The notes beneath the pieces were generated by a model. That model made no database searches. It saw only the letters and a program-made list of their open reading frames with translations, and was not told the DNA's origin. From NCBI GenBank assembly GCA_963846435.1, contig CAWJVX010000001.1, positions 262,960-326,959 of the forward strand: 64,000 nucleotides of DNA, in the 5' to 3' direction. Both the position numbers and the translations under genes were made by a program. The first letter of the stretch is position 1. Each line of letters begins with the position of its first letter. Shown in pieces: positions 45,108 through 56,506 of the stretch. This DNA comes from an uncultured Gemmatimonadales bacterium (GTDB taxonomy: Bacteria > Gemmatimonadota > Gemmatimonadetes > Gemmatimonadales > GWC2-71-9).

Positions 45108-46469
45108 TCACAACAGTAGCGCTCCGGCGAGGCCCAGCAGCAGCAGAAAGCCGCAGACGTCGGTGAATGTCGTGACGAAGATCGAGGAGGCCACCGCCGG
45201 GTCGATGCCCGTCCGCTCGAGGATGAGGGGAATGAACGCCCCGGCGAATCCGGCGACCATCAGGTTGCCCATCATAGCCAGGAAGACGACCAGGCCCAGG
45301 CGCGCTCCCTCCCCCATGAGCGCTGCCACGCTGCCGACGGCGATTCCCATGACCAGGCCGTTGGTCATGCCCACCAGAATTTCCTTGCCCACCACCCGGG
45401 TGAACACATCTACCGGGATCAGCCCTAGCGCCAGGCGCCGAACCGTGACCGCGAGCGCCTGGGTGCCGGCGTTGCCACCCATGCCCGCGATGATGGGCAT
45501 CCAGATCGCCAGCGCCAGTGTCTGCTGGATGGTGTGCTGAAAGAGGTAGACCACGCCGCCGGCCAGGAATGCGGTGAGCAGGTTCAGCGATAACCAGGGC
45601 AGCCGGCTCCGGACCGCGTCTCTCCAGCCCGCAGCCAGATCCTCGTCGGGCGAGACGCCGCCGAATTTTAGCAGGTCCTCGGTGGTCTCCGCTTCGACCA
45701 CGTCGATGACGTCATCGAAGGTTACCCGCCCCAGGAGCCGCCCCTGGTCGTCCACCACCGGCACGCTGGGCAGGTTATAGCGCGCCATCAACCGCGCCAC
45801 CTCTTCCTGGTCCAGGTCCGGCGTAACCGAGATGTCGGCGTCGGCCATGAAGGCGCGGACCGGACGATCCGGCCGGCTGATCACCAGATCCTTGAAGGGC
45901 AGGACCCCGACCAGCCTGCCCTCCGAATCCACCACGAACACCTGATAGAAGTCCTCCACCTCCTCTGCCTGACGCCGAATCTCTTCCAGCGCGTGCTCCG
46001 CGGTGGCCGTGTCGGGCACGGACACCACGTGGGTGGTCATCCGGCCGCCGGCGGTCTCCTCGTGATAGCGCAGGAGCCGGTCTACCTCGGCCCGGTCGTG
46101 GACGCCCGAGAGAATCTGTTCCTGCTGACTCTGATCGAGCTCGCCCAGGATGTCGGCGGCGTCATCGTCGTCGAGCTCCCCGACGATCTCTGCCGCCCGT
46201 CCGGGGTCGAGCGCGGCCAGTGTCTCCGATGCATGGGCCTCCTCCGGCATCTCGGCCAGCGCCTGGCTGGAGAGCTCGGCGGGTAGCGCCTGTACCGCCG
46301 CCAGCCGCTCCTTGTCGTCCAGGGCGGAGAGCACCTCGGCCAGGTCCACCGCCTCGATGTCGTGCGCCCGGCGGACGAAGAGCGCCATCTCCCCCTTCCG
46401 CACCAGGTCAACCATCCGATGGAGCAGCTTCTTCATGACCTGCCCGGAGGGCTGGAGCAGCCTCTTCAT
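45108..46469 (-). CDS. mgtE: Magnesium transporter MgtE
   Basis: ETAGGRMT, CBS pair, RLPWL, GMGGNAGTQ, DPAVAS.IFVTTFTD. Confidence 0.95.
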   Translation of the reverse strand: MKRLLQPSGQVMKKLLHRMVDLVRKGEMALFVRRAHDIEAVDLAEVLSALDDKERLAAVQALPAELSSQALAEMPEEAHASETLAALDPGRAAEIVGELDDDDAADILGELDQSQQEQILSGVHDRAEVDRLLRYHEETAGGRMTTHVVSVPDTATAEHALEEIRRQAEEVEDFYQVFVVDSEGRLVGVLPFKDLVISRPDRPVRAFMADADISVTPDLDQEEVARLMARYNLPSVPVVDDQGRLLGRVTFDDVIDVVEAETTEDLLKFGGVSPDEDLAAGWRDAVRSRLPWLSLNLLTAFLAGGVVYLFQHTIQQTLALAIWMPIIAGMGGNAGTQALAVTVRRLALGLIPVDVFTRVVGKEILVGMTNGLVMGIAVGSVAALMGEGARLGLVVFLAMMGNLMVAGFAGAFIPLILERTGIDPAVASSIFVTTFTDVCGFLLLLGLAGALLL

Positions 46470-47659
46470 GAGGTGCCCGGAAGGAGAGGAACCGCGGGGG
46501 CGGGGGCGGGGCGGATCAGGAGGCGCTCGACCCTGGTGGGCGAGGCCTGAATGACGTCGAACTCCAGGCCGCGCACCACGAACCGCTCCCCGGCGCTGGG
46601 GATCCGGCCGGCCCACTCGGCCAGCAGGCCCCCAATGGTGGTGGCTCGTCCGGAGGGCAGCAGCACTCCGAATCGTTCCTGGATCGCTTCGTGCGAGGCA
46701 TTGCCATCGGTTTCGAAGACGCCGGTGGCGGCACCGGGAATGGGGTGTACCTCCTCGTCATGCTCGTCGAAGATCTCGCCTACCAGCTCCTCCAGCAGAT
46801 CCTCCAGCGTCGCAATGCCGAGCGTGCCCCCGAATTCGTCGAGCACCACCGCCAGGTGGCGTCGCTCTCGTTGCATGTCGAGCAGGAGATCACCGCAGTT
46901 TCGGCTGGCGGGGGTCACCGCTACCGGCCGTATCGGAAGCGGATCTCCCGGCTGGAGCTTGAAGAGATCGAAGGCGTGCAGCATGCCGACGATGTCGTCC
47001 AGCGTGTTCCGGATTATCGGGATCCGGCTGTAGCCACTGCCGGCAAACACGAGGCGGATTTCCGTCAGCGGCGCATTCTCCTGGATGGCCACGATGTCGG
47101 TGCGGGGGGTCATCACCTCACGCACCGGTCGGGTGCTGAAGGCCATGACCCCGCCGACCATCATCAGCTCCTGGTCATCCGCCACCCCGACCGCCGCTCC
47201 CTCCCGCCAGATGGACCGCAGATCGGTCGGCCGAGTGGCGGTCCGGGCCGGAAGCACGAGGCCCAGCACCCGCGACCATGGTCGCAGGATGGGAATGACC
47301 CGGTCCGCCACCGTCTCGGCCCGCGGCTGCGTCAGCCAGCGCGGAACCAGATAGGCCGCGAACAACACCAGCGGCACGGCGAGCAGCGCGACTCCAACGA
47401 CCAGGCGAGGCGCACCGGAACCGGCCACCAGACCTGGTATCGACGCCCCCAACAGCAGGACGCCCAGCGAAGTGGTAGCCGACGCCGCGGTGAGGTAGTA
47501 GTCGATCTGGGCCAGTCCGCTCAGCGAGGGCGATGCACCCCGCAGCCGCCGCCCCACCGCGCGGGTGAGCTCCGCGCGGCTCACGGTAATGAGTGCCGCG
47601 CCGGCGGTGGCGCCGAAGGCGGTGAGCGCGATCCCTAAAAGGATCGCCAGCCAGGTCAT
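46466..47659 (-). CDS. CNNM/CBS/CorC (hemolysin-family) protein
   Basis: VREVMTPRTD, GYSRIP, VLDEFGGTLG.ATLEDLLEELVGEIFDE, TIGG. Confidence 0.9.
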   Translation of the reverse strand: MTWLAILLGIALTAFGATAGAALITVSRAELTRAVGRRLRGASPSLSGLAQIDYYLTAASATTSLGVLLLGASIPGLVAGSGAPRLVVGVALLAVPLVLFAAYLVPRWLTQPRAETVADRVIPILRPWSRVLGLVLPARTATRPTDLRSIWREGAAVGVADDQELMMVGGVMAFSTRPVREVMTPRTDIVAIQENAPLTEIRLVFAGSGYSRIPIIRNTLDDIVGMLHAFDLFKLQPGDPLPIRPVAVTPASRNCGDLLLDMQRERRHLAVVLDEFGGTLGIATLEDLLEELVGEIFDEHDEEVHPIPGAATGVFETDGNASHEAIQERFGVLLPSGRATTIGGLLAEWAGRIPSAGERFVVRGLEFDVIQASPTRVERLLIRPAPAPAVPLLPGTS

Positions 47660-48849
47660 CGGCTGGCCTTTTCCGAGGCGACCGTTGCCTCGATCCGCGG
47701 GCGGTGAACCGCGATGCGTTTGACCCGGCGGCGAACCACGTGCTCGACCACGAGCCGGAAACCTTTGACGTTGATCGATTCGCCCACTCGGGGCACTCGG
47801 CCGAACTCCGCCAGCACCAGACCACCGACGGTGCTCACGTCGTCGCGGTCGAAGCTGTGGCCGAGTGTGGATTCGAGCTCGGTGAGGGCCACTCCGCCCT
47901 CGACCCGCCACTGGTCCTCGCTCATCACCTGGATCGGCGCCACTTCGTCGGTGTCGTACTCGTCCTGGATCTCACCGACGATCTGCTCCAGAATGTCCTC
48001 CAGCGTGACGATGCCGGCCGTACCACCGAATTCGTCCACCACCACCGCCAGGTGGCTGGGTCCACGCTGGAAGTCGCGCACCTGGCGGTCGAGCGTCTTG
48101 GCCTCGGGTACGAAAGCCGCAGGCCGGATGAGTGCCCGCCAGGGCCTGGTATCCTCCGGGCCCAAGGTGAGGATGTCCTTGGCATACACGACTCCAACCA
48201 CTTCGTCGGGGTGCCCGTCGTAGACCAGCAGCCTGGCGTGCTCGGAGTTCTGCAGGGTCCTGACCACCTCCTCGCGCTCGGAGGCGGAATCCACCGCGAT
48301 GATATCGATTCGCGGAGTCATCACCTCCGCCACCGTGGTATCGGCGAGCGCGAAGACGCCGAGCAGCATGTCCCGCTGCGCCGCGCCGGCCTGCCGGGTT
48401 GTCCGCACCGGGGCGCGGTCCCGCGCGCGTGCGTCGGCCCACCCCGCCAGCCGCAATAGCGGTTGGAAAGGAACCAGCGTCGCCACCGCCGCCCGGCGCG
48501 CGGGCAGGGTGAGCTCGGGCGCCACCGCCGCCAGCAACCGCGGGACCAGGTCGCCCAGAACCCAGACGAGCAGCACCGCGAGGAAGAGCCGCATCAGTCC
48601 GGCCGCGGGGGACCAGGCCCACCACGCCACCGCGACGCCTGCCGCGGCGCCGGCCAGCACCAGGAGCGCCAGGTGGGCGACGTGCAGGTTGCGTGATAGA
48701 GTGCCCGTGCCGGCGGAGGAGCCGATCTGGCCGCTGAGGGAGCGCGGTAGATCGGCGTCCGCCTCGGCCGCGAGCGCCAACCAGGCAGCCCAGAGCGTCA
48801 ACGCCGCGGCCACCAGCGGCGCGATGAAGAAATGGAAGAAGGGAATCAC
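47656..48849 (-). CDS. CNNM/CBS/CorC (hemolysin-family) protein
   Basis: EVMTPRID, VVDEFGGTAG.VTLEDILEQIVGEIQDEYD, TVGG. Confidence 0.9.
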   Translation of the reverse strand: MIPFFHFFIAPLVAAALTLWAAWLALAAEADADLPRSLSGQIGSSAGTGTLSRNLHVAHLALLVLAGAAAGVAVAWWAWSPAAGLMRLFLAVLLVWVLGDLVPRLLAAVAPELTLPARRAAVATLVPFQPLLRLAGWADARARDRAPVRTTRQAGAAQRDMLLGVFALADTTVAEVMTPRIDIIAVDSASEREEVVRTLQNSEHARLLVYDGHPDEVVGVVYAKDILTLGPEDTRPWRALIRPAAFVPEAKTLDRQVRDFQRGPSHLAVVVDEFGGTAGIVTLEDILEQIVGEIQDEYDTDEVAPIQVMSEDQWRVEGGVALTELESTLGHSFDRDDVSTVGGLVLAEFGRVPRVGESINVKGFRLVVEHVVRRRVKRIAVHRPRIEATVASEKASR

Positions 48850-49301
48850 GCGAGCGCCTCGACGTAGCGCTCTTGCCGCCGCCACATGGCGGAGCGGGTG
48901 CGGTCCGGGCCATCCGGATGCTCCCGCCCCATCGCATGCAGGGTGCCGTGCACCACCAGCCGAATCAGCTCTTCCCTCACCGGAATGCCCCGAGCCCGCG
49001 CTTCGCGGCGCGCCACCCAGGGACAGATGTAGACGTCGCCGATTACCGACCCGCTGGAGCCACCCAACGCGAAGGTGAGCACATCCGTCGGCCGGTCGTG
49101 TCCCTTGTGGGTGGCATTGAGCCGTCGCATCGAGTCGCGGCCGAGAAAGGTGACCGAGACCAGCCCCTTGCGGCGCTCGGCCTCGAGAACGGACTCAACC
49201 ACGCGCCGAACCAGCGCGCGCGACAGCGGGAGACGGCGGCCGCTCACCACGACCTCACTCCCGCTCGGCGGACTGGAATTCCGGTGCGACGTTGCCGCCA
49301 C
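48846..49301 (-). CDS. ybeY: rRNA maturation RNase YbeY (true start may be ~49250)
   Basis: PTDVLTF, IGDVYIC, LVVHGTLHAMGREH. Confidence 0.92.
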   Translation of the reverse strand: MAATSHRNSSPPSGSEVVVSGRRLPLSRALVRRVVESVLEAERRKGLVSVTFLGRDSMRRLNATHKGHDRPTDVLTFALGGSSGSVIGDVYICPWVARREARARGIPVREELIRLVVHGTLHAMGREHPDGPDRTRSAMWRRQERYVEALA

Positions 49302-51468
49302 TGGGACGGGGGTAGCCGATGCGCTTGTGGTAGGTGCCCGACATCACCCGCGCGAACTCACGCTTGATGCGGTCGAGGTCCCGCAGGGTAAGCGGTGCGT
49401 CGTCGAGCTGTCCCGAGCCCAGCTTCTGCTGCACCAGGTGTTCGATGGCGCTGCGCACCGCTTCAGGCGTGGGGTTGGGCAGAACCCTGACAGCCGCCTC
49501 CGCCGAATCCGCCAGCATGGCCACCGCCGTCTCGGCCGACTGCGGCCGGGGCCCCGGGTAGCGGTAGTCCGCCGGATCGACCCGTCCATCGGGGTCGCTG
49601 CCTCGTGCCCTGCTGAGAAAGTAGGTTATGTAGGTCGTGCCATGGTGTTCTGGAATAAAGGCTTTCACCACCTGGGGGAGGTGGGCGGCCTCCGCCAGCG
49701 CAAGGCCGTCCGCCACATGGCTCTGAATGATCTTGGCCGAGTCCTGCGGCCGCATCAGGTCGTGCGGATTGGGGCCACCCCCCTGATTCTCGACGAAGTG
49801 GCTCGGGCTGGCGAGCTTCCCGATGTCGTGGTAGTAGCAGCCGACCCGAGCCAGCAGCCCGTTCGCCCCGATGATGTTGCAGGCGGACTCGCACAGGTTT
49901 GCCATGGCCAGACTGTGAGCCCAGGTGCCGGGAGCTTCCAGCGCGAGCCGGCGGAGGAGCGGGCGGCCCAGGTCCGAGAGCTCCAGCAGGGTGAGATCGG
50001 TGGTGATGCGGGTAGCCGACTCGGCCGCCGGCATCGCCATCATCGCCAGGGCGGCACTGGCCAGCGCCATCACCAGTCCGAGCAGACTGCTACCGAGGAT
50101 CGTGCGGGTCGACCAGCCCTGGCTCAGGCCGATAGAGATCGTGGCCAGAATGCTCGCCACCGCCAGCACGCCGATCGTCACGTAGAGATGCCGCCGCCGC
50201 CGTACCACCCGGATGCCCACCGCCCCGGCCACCCCACCCACCAGGCCGAAGAACAGCATATGGCTTTCCCGCAGCGCCCACTGCCCATCGAGGAGAATCG
50301 CCAGGGTGACGGCGGCGAATACCCCGATCCGGCCGTTGTACAGCATGGTCACCAGGATGGCCGCGAACGGAATCGGTACCAGCTCCGGCCGCCCGGGAAA
50401 GAGACTGGCCAGGCCCGCGGTGAGCAGGATGACCATGGCGAACAGTGCCGCGAAAAACGCCATCTCCCGGAGCTGGGCGTAGCTGTCCCGCTTGTAAAAC
50501 ACGATGAGCAGCCAGAACGCGCTGAGCACGATGGCATTGTACAGCAGCGCTCCAGCCGCGCTCCGGAGTGCAAGACCGCCGGTACCTCGCCGGCGATGTT
50601 CCTCCCGCAGGGAGATCAGCTTGGCCCGCGCCTCATCGGTGACGGGCTCGCCCGCCCGAAGAATGCGCTCGCCGGTGCGGACCGAGTATTTGACCGGATC
50701 TACGCTGCCGCGCAGTTGCTCTCGCCGCGCGGTGGTGATGAACGGGTCGAGTACGATGGTGGGATGATAGAACGCACCGACCAGGCGCCGGAGCGTGCGC
50801 TGGCCGGCGGGGGTGGGAAGGTTGGTTCCCGCCGCCTCGGCTTGCTCCATGAGATCGGCAAACGTCAGAATCGAGTCCCGGGGGACGATGCGCTCGGTTT
50901 CCCCTCTCCGGAGGGAGATGTCATTGCTGGTCTCGCTTCGTATTGCACCCGCATCGGCCACCCCGCGTTGGAGTCCCTCAGCCAGGAAGTGGGTGGCCAC
51001 CTCCTGGAGCTGGCGTCGGTTGGTGGAGTCCCCCAGATAACGGGTCTCCTCGGGCCCGAGCCGCACCCGCGACCCTATGGCCGCCTTGACCGCGTCCGGC
51101 CCCCCTGATTCGCTGGCCCGCTCCAGCTCGGCGAAGAACCCCCGGGCTCGAGCCAGCGAGGAGTCGTAGGCGGTCGGGCTGAACCGGTAGACCGGCTGGG
51201 CGGTCAGCGCGCGAGACTGCCCCTCCCGGGCGATCTCCTCGGGGGATTTCCGGACCTCGAACGCGAACGGCGCCACCACGGCGCGCTTCGAGATCTCGCC
51301 CACCGCGGGTACCGGCGCACCGATGCCGATCGGTGGGGGGAAAGCCAGATACGTGAGCAGTGCGACGGCGAACAGCGGTGCCCAGCGCACCAGGTGATAC
51401 CGGATCCGCTCCCCTGGCGAGGCCCAGATCCAGCTTTCCCAGAATGGCATGCTCGGCCGCTGAGGCAT
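49255..51468 (-). CDS. 7TM-HD phosphohydrolase (PgpH-like)
   Basis: Extracellular domain plus 7 TM; APGTWAHS, YYHDIGK, F.ENQ, EHHGT, MLADS.EAA. Confidence 0.9.
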   Translation of the reverse strand: MPQRPSMPFWESWIWASPGERIRYHLVRWAPLFAVALLTYLAFPPPIGIGAPVPAVGEISKRAVVAPFAFEVRKSPEEIAREGQSRALTAQPVYRFSPTAYDSSLARARGFFAELERASESGGPDAVKAAIGSRVRLGPEETRYLGDSTNRRQLQEVATHFLAEGLQRGVADAGAIRSETSNDISLRRGETERIVPRDSILTFADLMEQAEAAGTNLPTPAGQRTLRRLVGAFYHPTIVLDPFITTARREQLRGSVDPVKYSVRTGERILRAGEPVTDEARAKLISLREEHRRRGTGGLALRSAAGALLYNAIVLSAFWLLIVFYKRDSYAQLREMAFFAALFAMVILLTAGLASLFPGRPELVPIPFAAILVTMLYNGRIGVFAAVTLAILLDGQWALRESHMLFFGLVGGVAGAVGIRVVRRRRHLYVTIGVLAVASILATISIGLSQGWSTRTILGSSLLGLVMALASAALAMMAMPAAESATRITTDLTLLELSDLGRPLLRRLALEAPGTWAHSLAMANLCESACNIIGANGLLARVGCYYHDIGKLASPSHFVENQGGGPNPHDLMRPQDSAKIIQSHVADGLALAEAAHLPQVVKAFIPEHHGTTYITYFLSRARGSDPDGRVDPADYRYPGPRPQSAETAVAMLADSAEAAVRVLPNPTPEAVRSAIEHLVQQKLGSGQLDDAPLTLRDLDRIKREFARVMSGTYHKRIGYPRPSGGNVAPEFQSAERE

Positions 51469-52421
51469 CAGCCGTTCTGATCCTCCGCGTATGCCCGGAT
51501 GATCTCGCGTACCAGCCGATGCCGGACGACATCGGACTCGTGCAGATAGCAGAAGGAGATTCCCTCGATCCCGGGAAGCAGGCGCTCGATCTGGATCAGA
51601 CCCGAGTCCTCGCGCTGAGGCAGGTCGATCTGGGTCTTGTCACCGGTCACGACTGTCCTGCTGTTCACCCCGAGGCGGGTGAGAAACATCTTCATCTGCG
51701 CGCCGGTGGCGTTCTGCGCTTCATCGAGAATGATGAATGCATCCGCCAGGGTGCGGCCCCGCATATAGGCCAGGGGAGCGATCTCGATGGTGCGCGTCTC
51801 CAGCGCGCGCTGCACCCGGTCGTGCGGCATCATGTCTTCCAACGCGTCGTACAGCGGCCGCAGGTAGGGATCGACCTTGGCCTGGAGGTCTCCCGGCAGG
51901 AATCCCAGAGATTCTCCGGCCTCGACCGCGGGCCGGGCGAGGATAATGCGCTTGACCCGTTTGCGGGCCAGCGCCTCCACCGCCTTGGCGACTGCCAGAT
52001 AGGTCTTGCCGGTTCCCGCGGGGCCGATGCCCACTACGATGTCGTGCCCGCTGATGGCCTGAAGGTATTCGCGCTGGCCCTGGGTCTTGGGAACGATCGC
52101 GCGGCGCAATCCGGGCAGGACGATCTTGCCGTCGGAGGTCTGCGGCGGAAGCTCGCTGTTGGGTCCTTCGGCAGCCAACCTGTAGACGTCGTCCGGCGTG
52201 ACCGTCTCCCCCATGCGGGCCAGATCGAGGAGTCCCTGCACCACCGGGCCGGCTCGCTCCACCTGCTCGGTAGATCCGGAGAGCGTTACCGCCTCACCCC
52301 GAAACGAAACCCGCACACCCAGGGTGCGCTGGAGCTCAAGGAGGTTGCTGTCGTTTACGCCCGCAAAGAGCAGCGGATCGGCGCCCTCGGCGGACATGCG
52401 GGTCTGGATGTCGTCGGTCAT
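51468..52421 (-). CDS. phoH: PhoH family ATPase
   Basis: [42 protein letters not shown]. Confidence 0.95.
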   Translation of the reverse strand: MTDDIQTRMSAEGADPLLFAGVNDSNLLELQRTLGVRVSFRGEAVTLSGSTEQVERAGPVVQGLLDLARMGETVTPDDVYRLAAEGPNSELPPQTSDGKIVLPGLRRAIVPKTQGQREYLQAISGHDIVVGIGPAGTGKTYLAVAKAVEALARKRVKRIILARPAVEAGESLGFLPGDLQAKVDPYLRPLYDALEDMMPHDRVQRALETRTIEIAPLAYMRGRTLADAFIILDEAQNATGAQMKMFLTRLGVNSRTVVTGDKTQIDLPQREDSGLIQIERLLPGIEGISFCYLHESDVVRHRLVREIIRAYAEDQNG

Positions 52422-52428
52422 GTTTGAA

Positions 52429-52490
52429 GGTAAGAGTTGGGAGGTGAGAGGTAAGGGGTTCTTACCTCACACCCTACTTCTTACTCTCAC
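52429..52490. repeat. Inverted heptamer repeats (GGTAAGA)/(TCTTACC)
   Basis: ggtaagagttgggaggtgagaggtaag / cttacctcacaccctacttcttactctcac. Confidence 0.55.
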
Positions 52491-54252
52491 TGAGTGCCTC
52501 CAAATGAAGGGCCCGGAGATCGGCCGGGTCGACCGGCGTTGGCGCGCCTTCGAAGAGCGCCCGCGCGGCAGTGGTCTTGGGAAAGGCGATGACGTCTCGC
52601 AGCGAGCTTGCGCCCGCCAGGAACATCGCGATGCGATCAAAACCGAGCGCAAATCCGCCATGCGGCGGAGCCCCGGCGGCCAGCCCATCGAGCAGGAACC
52701 CGAACCGGCGGCGAACGTCCCCCTCGGGAATGCCGAGCAGGGAGAATATCTGGCGCTGGACGGCTGGATCGGTAATTCGGATCGATCCGCTGCCGAGCTC
52801 ATTTCCGTTGTACACGGCGTCATAGTGGAGCGCCCTGCAGCTCCCCGGATCCCGCTCCAGCTTGTCCAAGTCGTCTGGATGGGGTGCCGTGAAAGGATGG
52901 TGCGCCGGCACATGCTTTCCGGTCTCGGGATCCACCTCGAACAGGGGGAAGTCGACGATCCAGCTGAAGGAGTGATCGGTCCGGGGCTTTAGCCCGGGCA
53001 GCCGAATCAACGCAGTGCGCACGGCGTGCAGTGCCGGAGAGGTGACCGCGTCAGGGCCAACCAGGGCAACCAGGAGATCGCCCTCGCCGCCGCCCAGCGC
53101 GTCGAGCAGAGACTGCCCGACCGCCTTTACCCCCTGGCCCTCCCATCCGGCGCCCGTGCGCCGGGCCCAGATCAGGCCGCCGGCACGCGCTTCCTTGGCC
53201 TGAGCCGCGAGTGCATCCAGATCCTTGCGGCTGAGAGCCGCCCCGCCGGGGACGACGATGCCTCGAACCCGGGAGCCTGCCGCTCGCGCGCCGGTGACGA
53301 ACGCCGCCGCATCCTGACCCACCAGGGGGGAGAGGTCCCGAATCTCCAGATCATAGCGCAGATCGGGCTTGTCGCTTCCGTATCGCTCCAGCGCATCCCG
53401 GTAGACCATACGCGGAAAGGGACGTGCCACCTGAACGCCGGCCTCCCCCCAGAGCTCGACCAGCACCTGCTCCACCACCTGCATCACGTCCTCGGCTGAT
53501 ACGAACGACGCCTCGAGATCGATCTGGGTGAACTCCGGCTGCCGGTCTGCCCGGAGGTCTTCATCCCGAAAGCACCGGGCGATCTGGAAGTAGCGGTCGT
53601 AGCCGGCCACCATCAGCAGCTGCTTGTAGATCTGCGGTGACTGCGGGAGGGCATAGAACTCAAGAGGATGCACCCTGCTGGGCACCAGATAGTCTCTGGC
53701 ACCCTCGGGGGTGGGCTTGGTGAGGATCGGAGTCTCGATCTCGAGGAACTCGAGCTCGGTAAGGGTCCGCCGCGCGCGTTGCAGGAGACGGTGGCGCAGC
53801 TGCATGTTGGCCTGGAGCTCCGGCCTCCGCAGATCCAGCACCCGGTGCTTGAGCCGGAGCTCTTCCGCGGGAAGCTCCTCCTTTTCCTTCCGGGCTACCG
53901 GAATCGCCGGGGTCTGGGCCGGGCCCACAACCTCCAGGCCAGTCACGTGCACCTCCACCTCGCGAGAGGAGAGAGTCGGATCACGCGCGGGGTCCGGGCG
54001 CGCCTCGACCCTGCCACTGACGAGCACGACGGTCTCGGCTCCGAGGGCGGCCGCCCGCTCCATGACGTCGGGCGGCGTCCAGGCAGGATTACATGAAAGC
54101 TGCACCAGCCCCGCACGGTCGCGGAGGTCGATGAAGACCAGTCCGCCGAGATCCCGCCGCCGGTGGACCCAGCCCCCGAGCCGGACGGTTTGTCCGACCT
54201 CCGCGCGGGTCAGTGCTCCAGCGCGGTGGGTTCGGAATGCGGTGGCGCTCAT
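52474..54252 (-). CDS. aspS: Aspartate--tRNA ligase
   Basis: [58 protein letters not shown]. Confidence 0.97.
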   Translation of the reverse strand: MSATAFRTHRAGALTRAEVGQTVRLGGWVHRRRDLGGLVFIDLRDRAGLVQLSCNPAWTPPDVMERAAALGAETVVLVSGRVEARPDPARDPTLSSREVEVHVTGLEVVGPAQTPAIPVARKEKEELPAEELRLKHRVLDLRRPELQANMQLRHRLLQRARRTLTELEFLEIETPILTKPTPEGARDYLVPSRVHPLEFYALPQSPQIYKQLLMVAGYDRYFQIARCFRDEDLRADRQPEFTQIDLEASFVSAEDVMQVVEQVLVELWGEAGVQVARPFPRMVYRDALERYGSDKPDLRYDLEIRDLSPLVGQDAAAFVTGARAAGSRVRGIVVPGGAALSRKDLDALAAQAKEARAGGLIWARRTGAGWEGQGVKAVGQSLLDALGGGEGDLLVALVGPDAVTSPALHAVRTALIRLPGLKPRTDHSFSWIVDFPLFEVDPETGKHVPAHHPFTAPHPDDLDKLERDPGSCRALHYDAVYNGNELGSGSIRITDPAVQRQIFSLLGIPEGDVRRRFGFLLDGLAAGAPPHGGFALGFDRIAMFLAGASSLRDVIAFPKTTAARALFEGAPTPVDPADLRALHLEALSESKK

Positions 54253-54259
54253 GCGACAC

Positions 54260-54715
54260 TCACCGAGCCTCGGCGTCGAGCAGGACGTTATAGAACTCAT
54301 TGGGCGTGGCCGCCGCGACCAACCGCTGGCGAATGTGCTCGTGTCTCACCAGCTTGGCGATCCGTCCGAGGATCTTCACATGCTGTCCGGCCGAGGCCTG
54401 GGGGCCGACGATCAGAAAAAAAAGTCGCACCGGCTCCCCGTCGATCGAGTCGAACGGCACCGGGGATGGGCTCACCCCGCAGACCAGGCTCAACTCGGGT
54501 ACACCGGCTGCCCGGGCGTGAGGGATGGCGACCCCGAAGCCGATCCCGGTACTTCCACCTGCCTCGCGCTCCTGGACAGCTCCCAACACCGCGGCGTAGT
54601 CACATCCCCAACGATCCGTCAGATGCCGAGTGAGCTCGGCAATGACGCCGCTCTTATCCCGAGCCGCCACAGGCATGACCACCTGATCGGGGGTGAGCAA
54701 CTCGGTCAGGAGCAC
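54260..54715 (-). CDS. PTS IIA domain protein (PtsN/EIIA-Ntr-like)
   Basis: ERE.GGSTGIG.GVAIPHAR, FDSIDGEPV. Confidence 0.9.
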   Translation of the reverse strand: MLLTELLTPDQVVMPVAARDKSGVIAELTRHLTDRWGCDYAAVLGAVQEREAGGSTGIGFGVAIPHARAAGVPELSLVCGVSPSPVPFDSIDGEPVRLFFLIVGPQASAGQHVKILGRIAKLVRHEHIRQRLVAAATPNEFYNVLLDAEAR

Positions 54716-54869
54716 GGGGTCGGCCGGGATAGCATACGCACAAACCTATACCGCGGGAGGGAGCGAGGCAATGCATTACTAGAGTTGATGTTAGCTTATT
54801 TTCTCGAGCTTGGCGACGAACCGGCTTGATCCCTCGGTGTCCGTCGTGCCGCTGTGGTATTTTTCCAGC

Positions 54870-55953
54870 ATGACCAGCTCACTTCCCGTCGCCCACACCG
54901 CTCGCAATCTGCTCGACCTGACCCCGCGAAGCCGCCCGGAAAGCCCTGGTGGACTGGGTGGCCGAGCGCGGCTTGCCGTCGTACCGGGCGGGGCAGATGC
55001 TTCGCCGTCTGTGGCAGGCCCCACTGGAGAGGTGGGAACAGGCCACCGATCTTCCGGGCCCACTGCGTGCCGAGCTGGACCACGCCTTTCCCCTGCCCCG
55101 TCTGGTGCCCGACACCGTCCAGCAGTCCGCCGATGGAACCCGCAAATATCTTTGGCGCCTGGAGGACGGGGAGGCCATCGAGTCGGTGCTGATTCCGTCC
55201 GGCAGCCGGCGAACGCTGTGCATCTCGTCGCAGGCCGGGTGTGCCCTCAAGTGCTCGTTCTGCGCCACCGGCCGGATGGGCTTCCGGCGCAACCTGACCC
55301 CGTTCGAGATCGCGGGACAGGTGCGGGAGATCCTGCTGAACAATCCCGACGAGAAGCCGACCAATATCGTCTTTATGGGAATGGGTGAGCCGCTGCTCAA
55401 CTGGCCCGCGGTGGACGCCGCCCTCAGCATCCTCAATCATCCGGATGGCTTCGGCATCGGCGCCCGGCACATCACCGTGTCGACCGTGGGCATTCTGCCG
55501 GGGATGGCGGCGTTCGCCAAGCGGCCGGAGCAATTTCGATTGGCGATCTCCCTGCACGCCCCGACCTCGGCCCAGCGTCTCACCATGATGCCGATCGAGA
55601 AGAAGTACGAGCTCGACTCGGTCCTGAAGGCGGCGGAGGCCTTTCGCAAGCGGGTGACGTTCGAGTACGTGATGATCGGAGGGTTCAATGACAGCGACGC
55701 CGATGCCGCTCAGCTGGGGAAGCTAGCCCGCAGGCTCGGCGCACTGGTGAATATCCTGCCGCTCCATCCGGGCGGCGCGCCCGATCTGACGCCCACCACA
55801 GTGACCCGCATCCGCGCCTTCAGCGACCGACTGCGCAACCAGGGCGTAGAAGCCGTCGTGCGCCGGAGCCGAGGGCTGGACATCAACGCCGCGTGCGGGC
55901 AGCTCAGGGTGGAGGTAGAGAAGAAGCGGGCGGGTAGGCGGGTAAGCGGGTAA
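54870..55953 (+). CDS. rlmN: 23S rRNA/tRNA m2A methyltransferase RlmN; probable frameshift near 54925
   Basis: CISSQAGCALKCSFCATG, FMGMGEP, ISLHA, DINAACGQL. Confidence 0.93.
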
Positions 55954-55996
55954 GCGGGTAAGCGGGAATTGTCACCCTGAGCGAAGCGAGGGGGCC
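55925..55996. repeat. (GCGGGTAA)n plus REP-like left arm
   Basis: gcgggtaggcgggtaagcgggtaagcgggtaagcgggaa, then ttgtcaccctgagcgaagcgagggggcc. Confidence 0.8.
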
Positions 55997-56024
55997 ATAG
56001 CGTGACGTCGCTACAATCCGTTCA

Positions 56025-56498
56025 TTGGTCCCATCGGTCGCTCCGGTCGTGAGCGCTCAGGCGGGTATCCTGCGTCTGGTCCTCTGGCTCGCGCTGCTTG
56101 TTGTTGGTCCACTGTGGGCTCAGGACAGCCTGCAGCCCAAGAGGTCCGTGAAACCGTTCGCCGTTCCCGAGGTCTTGGCGCCGGAACCACCGGCAGCACG
56201 TCCCACACCTCCTCCTGTCGACCCGGCCGCGCTCGCCTCATCCACAATCGCTGCACTGATCGAACTAGAGGATGGTGTCGGCCCCGACGACTGGATGCGC
56301 ACCCACCCTGGCGAAGTCGAGCAGCTTTACAAGCCCGAGCTGGGGCTGATCGATGCCGCGCCATGGTGCCTTCGTTTCTCGCGTCGTTGGGCGATTCCAC
56401 ACGGGCGGATCATCAGCCGCCATGCCTTCTTCTTCCTACCCGAGACATCGGGGATCTTGAAACCTGCCGGTCTATTCGAGATCGTGGTGACCATGTAA
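56025..56498 (+). CDS. Hypothetical exported protein, possibly truncated
   Basis: Signal-like LVLWLALLVVGPLWA-Q, Pro-rich linker; lies between REP arms. Confidence 0.45.
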   Translation: MVPSVAPVVSAQAGILRLVLWLALLVVGPLWAQDSLQPKRSVKPFAVPEVLAPEPPAARPTPPPVDPAALASSTIAALIELEDGVGPDDWMRTHPGEVEQLYKPELGLIDAAPWCLRFSRRWAIPHGRIISRHAFFFLPETSGILKPAGLFEIVVTM

Positions 56499-56506
56499 AC
56501 CCGGCC

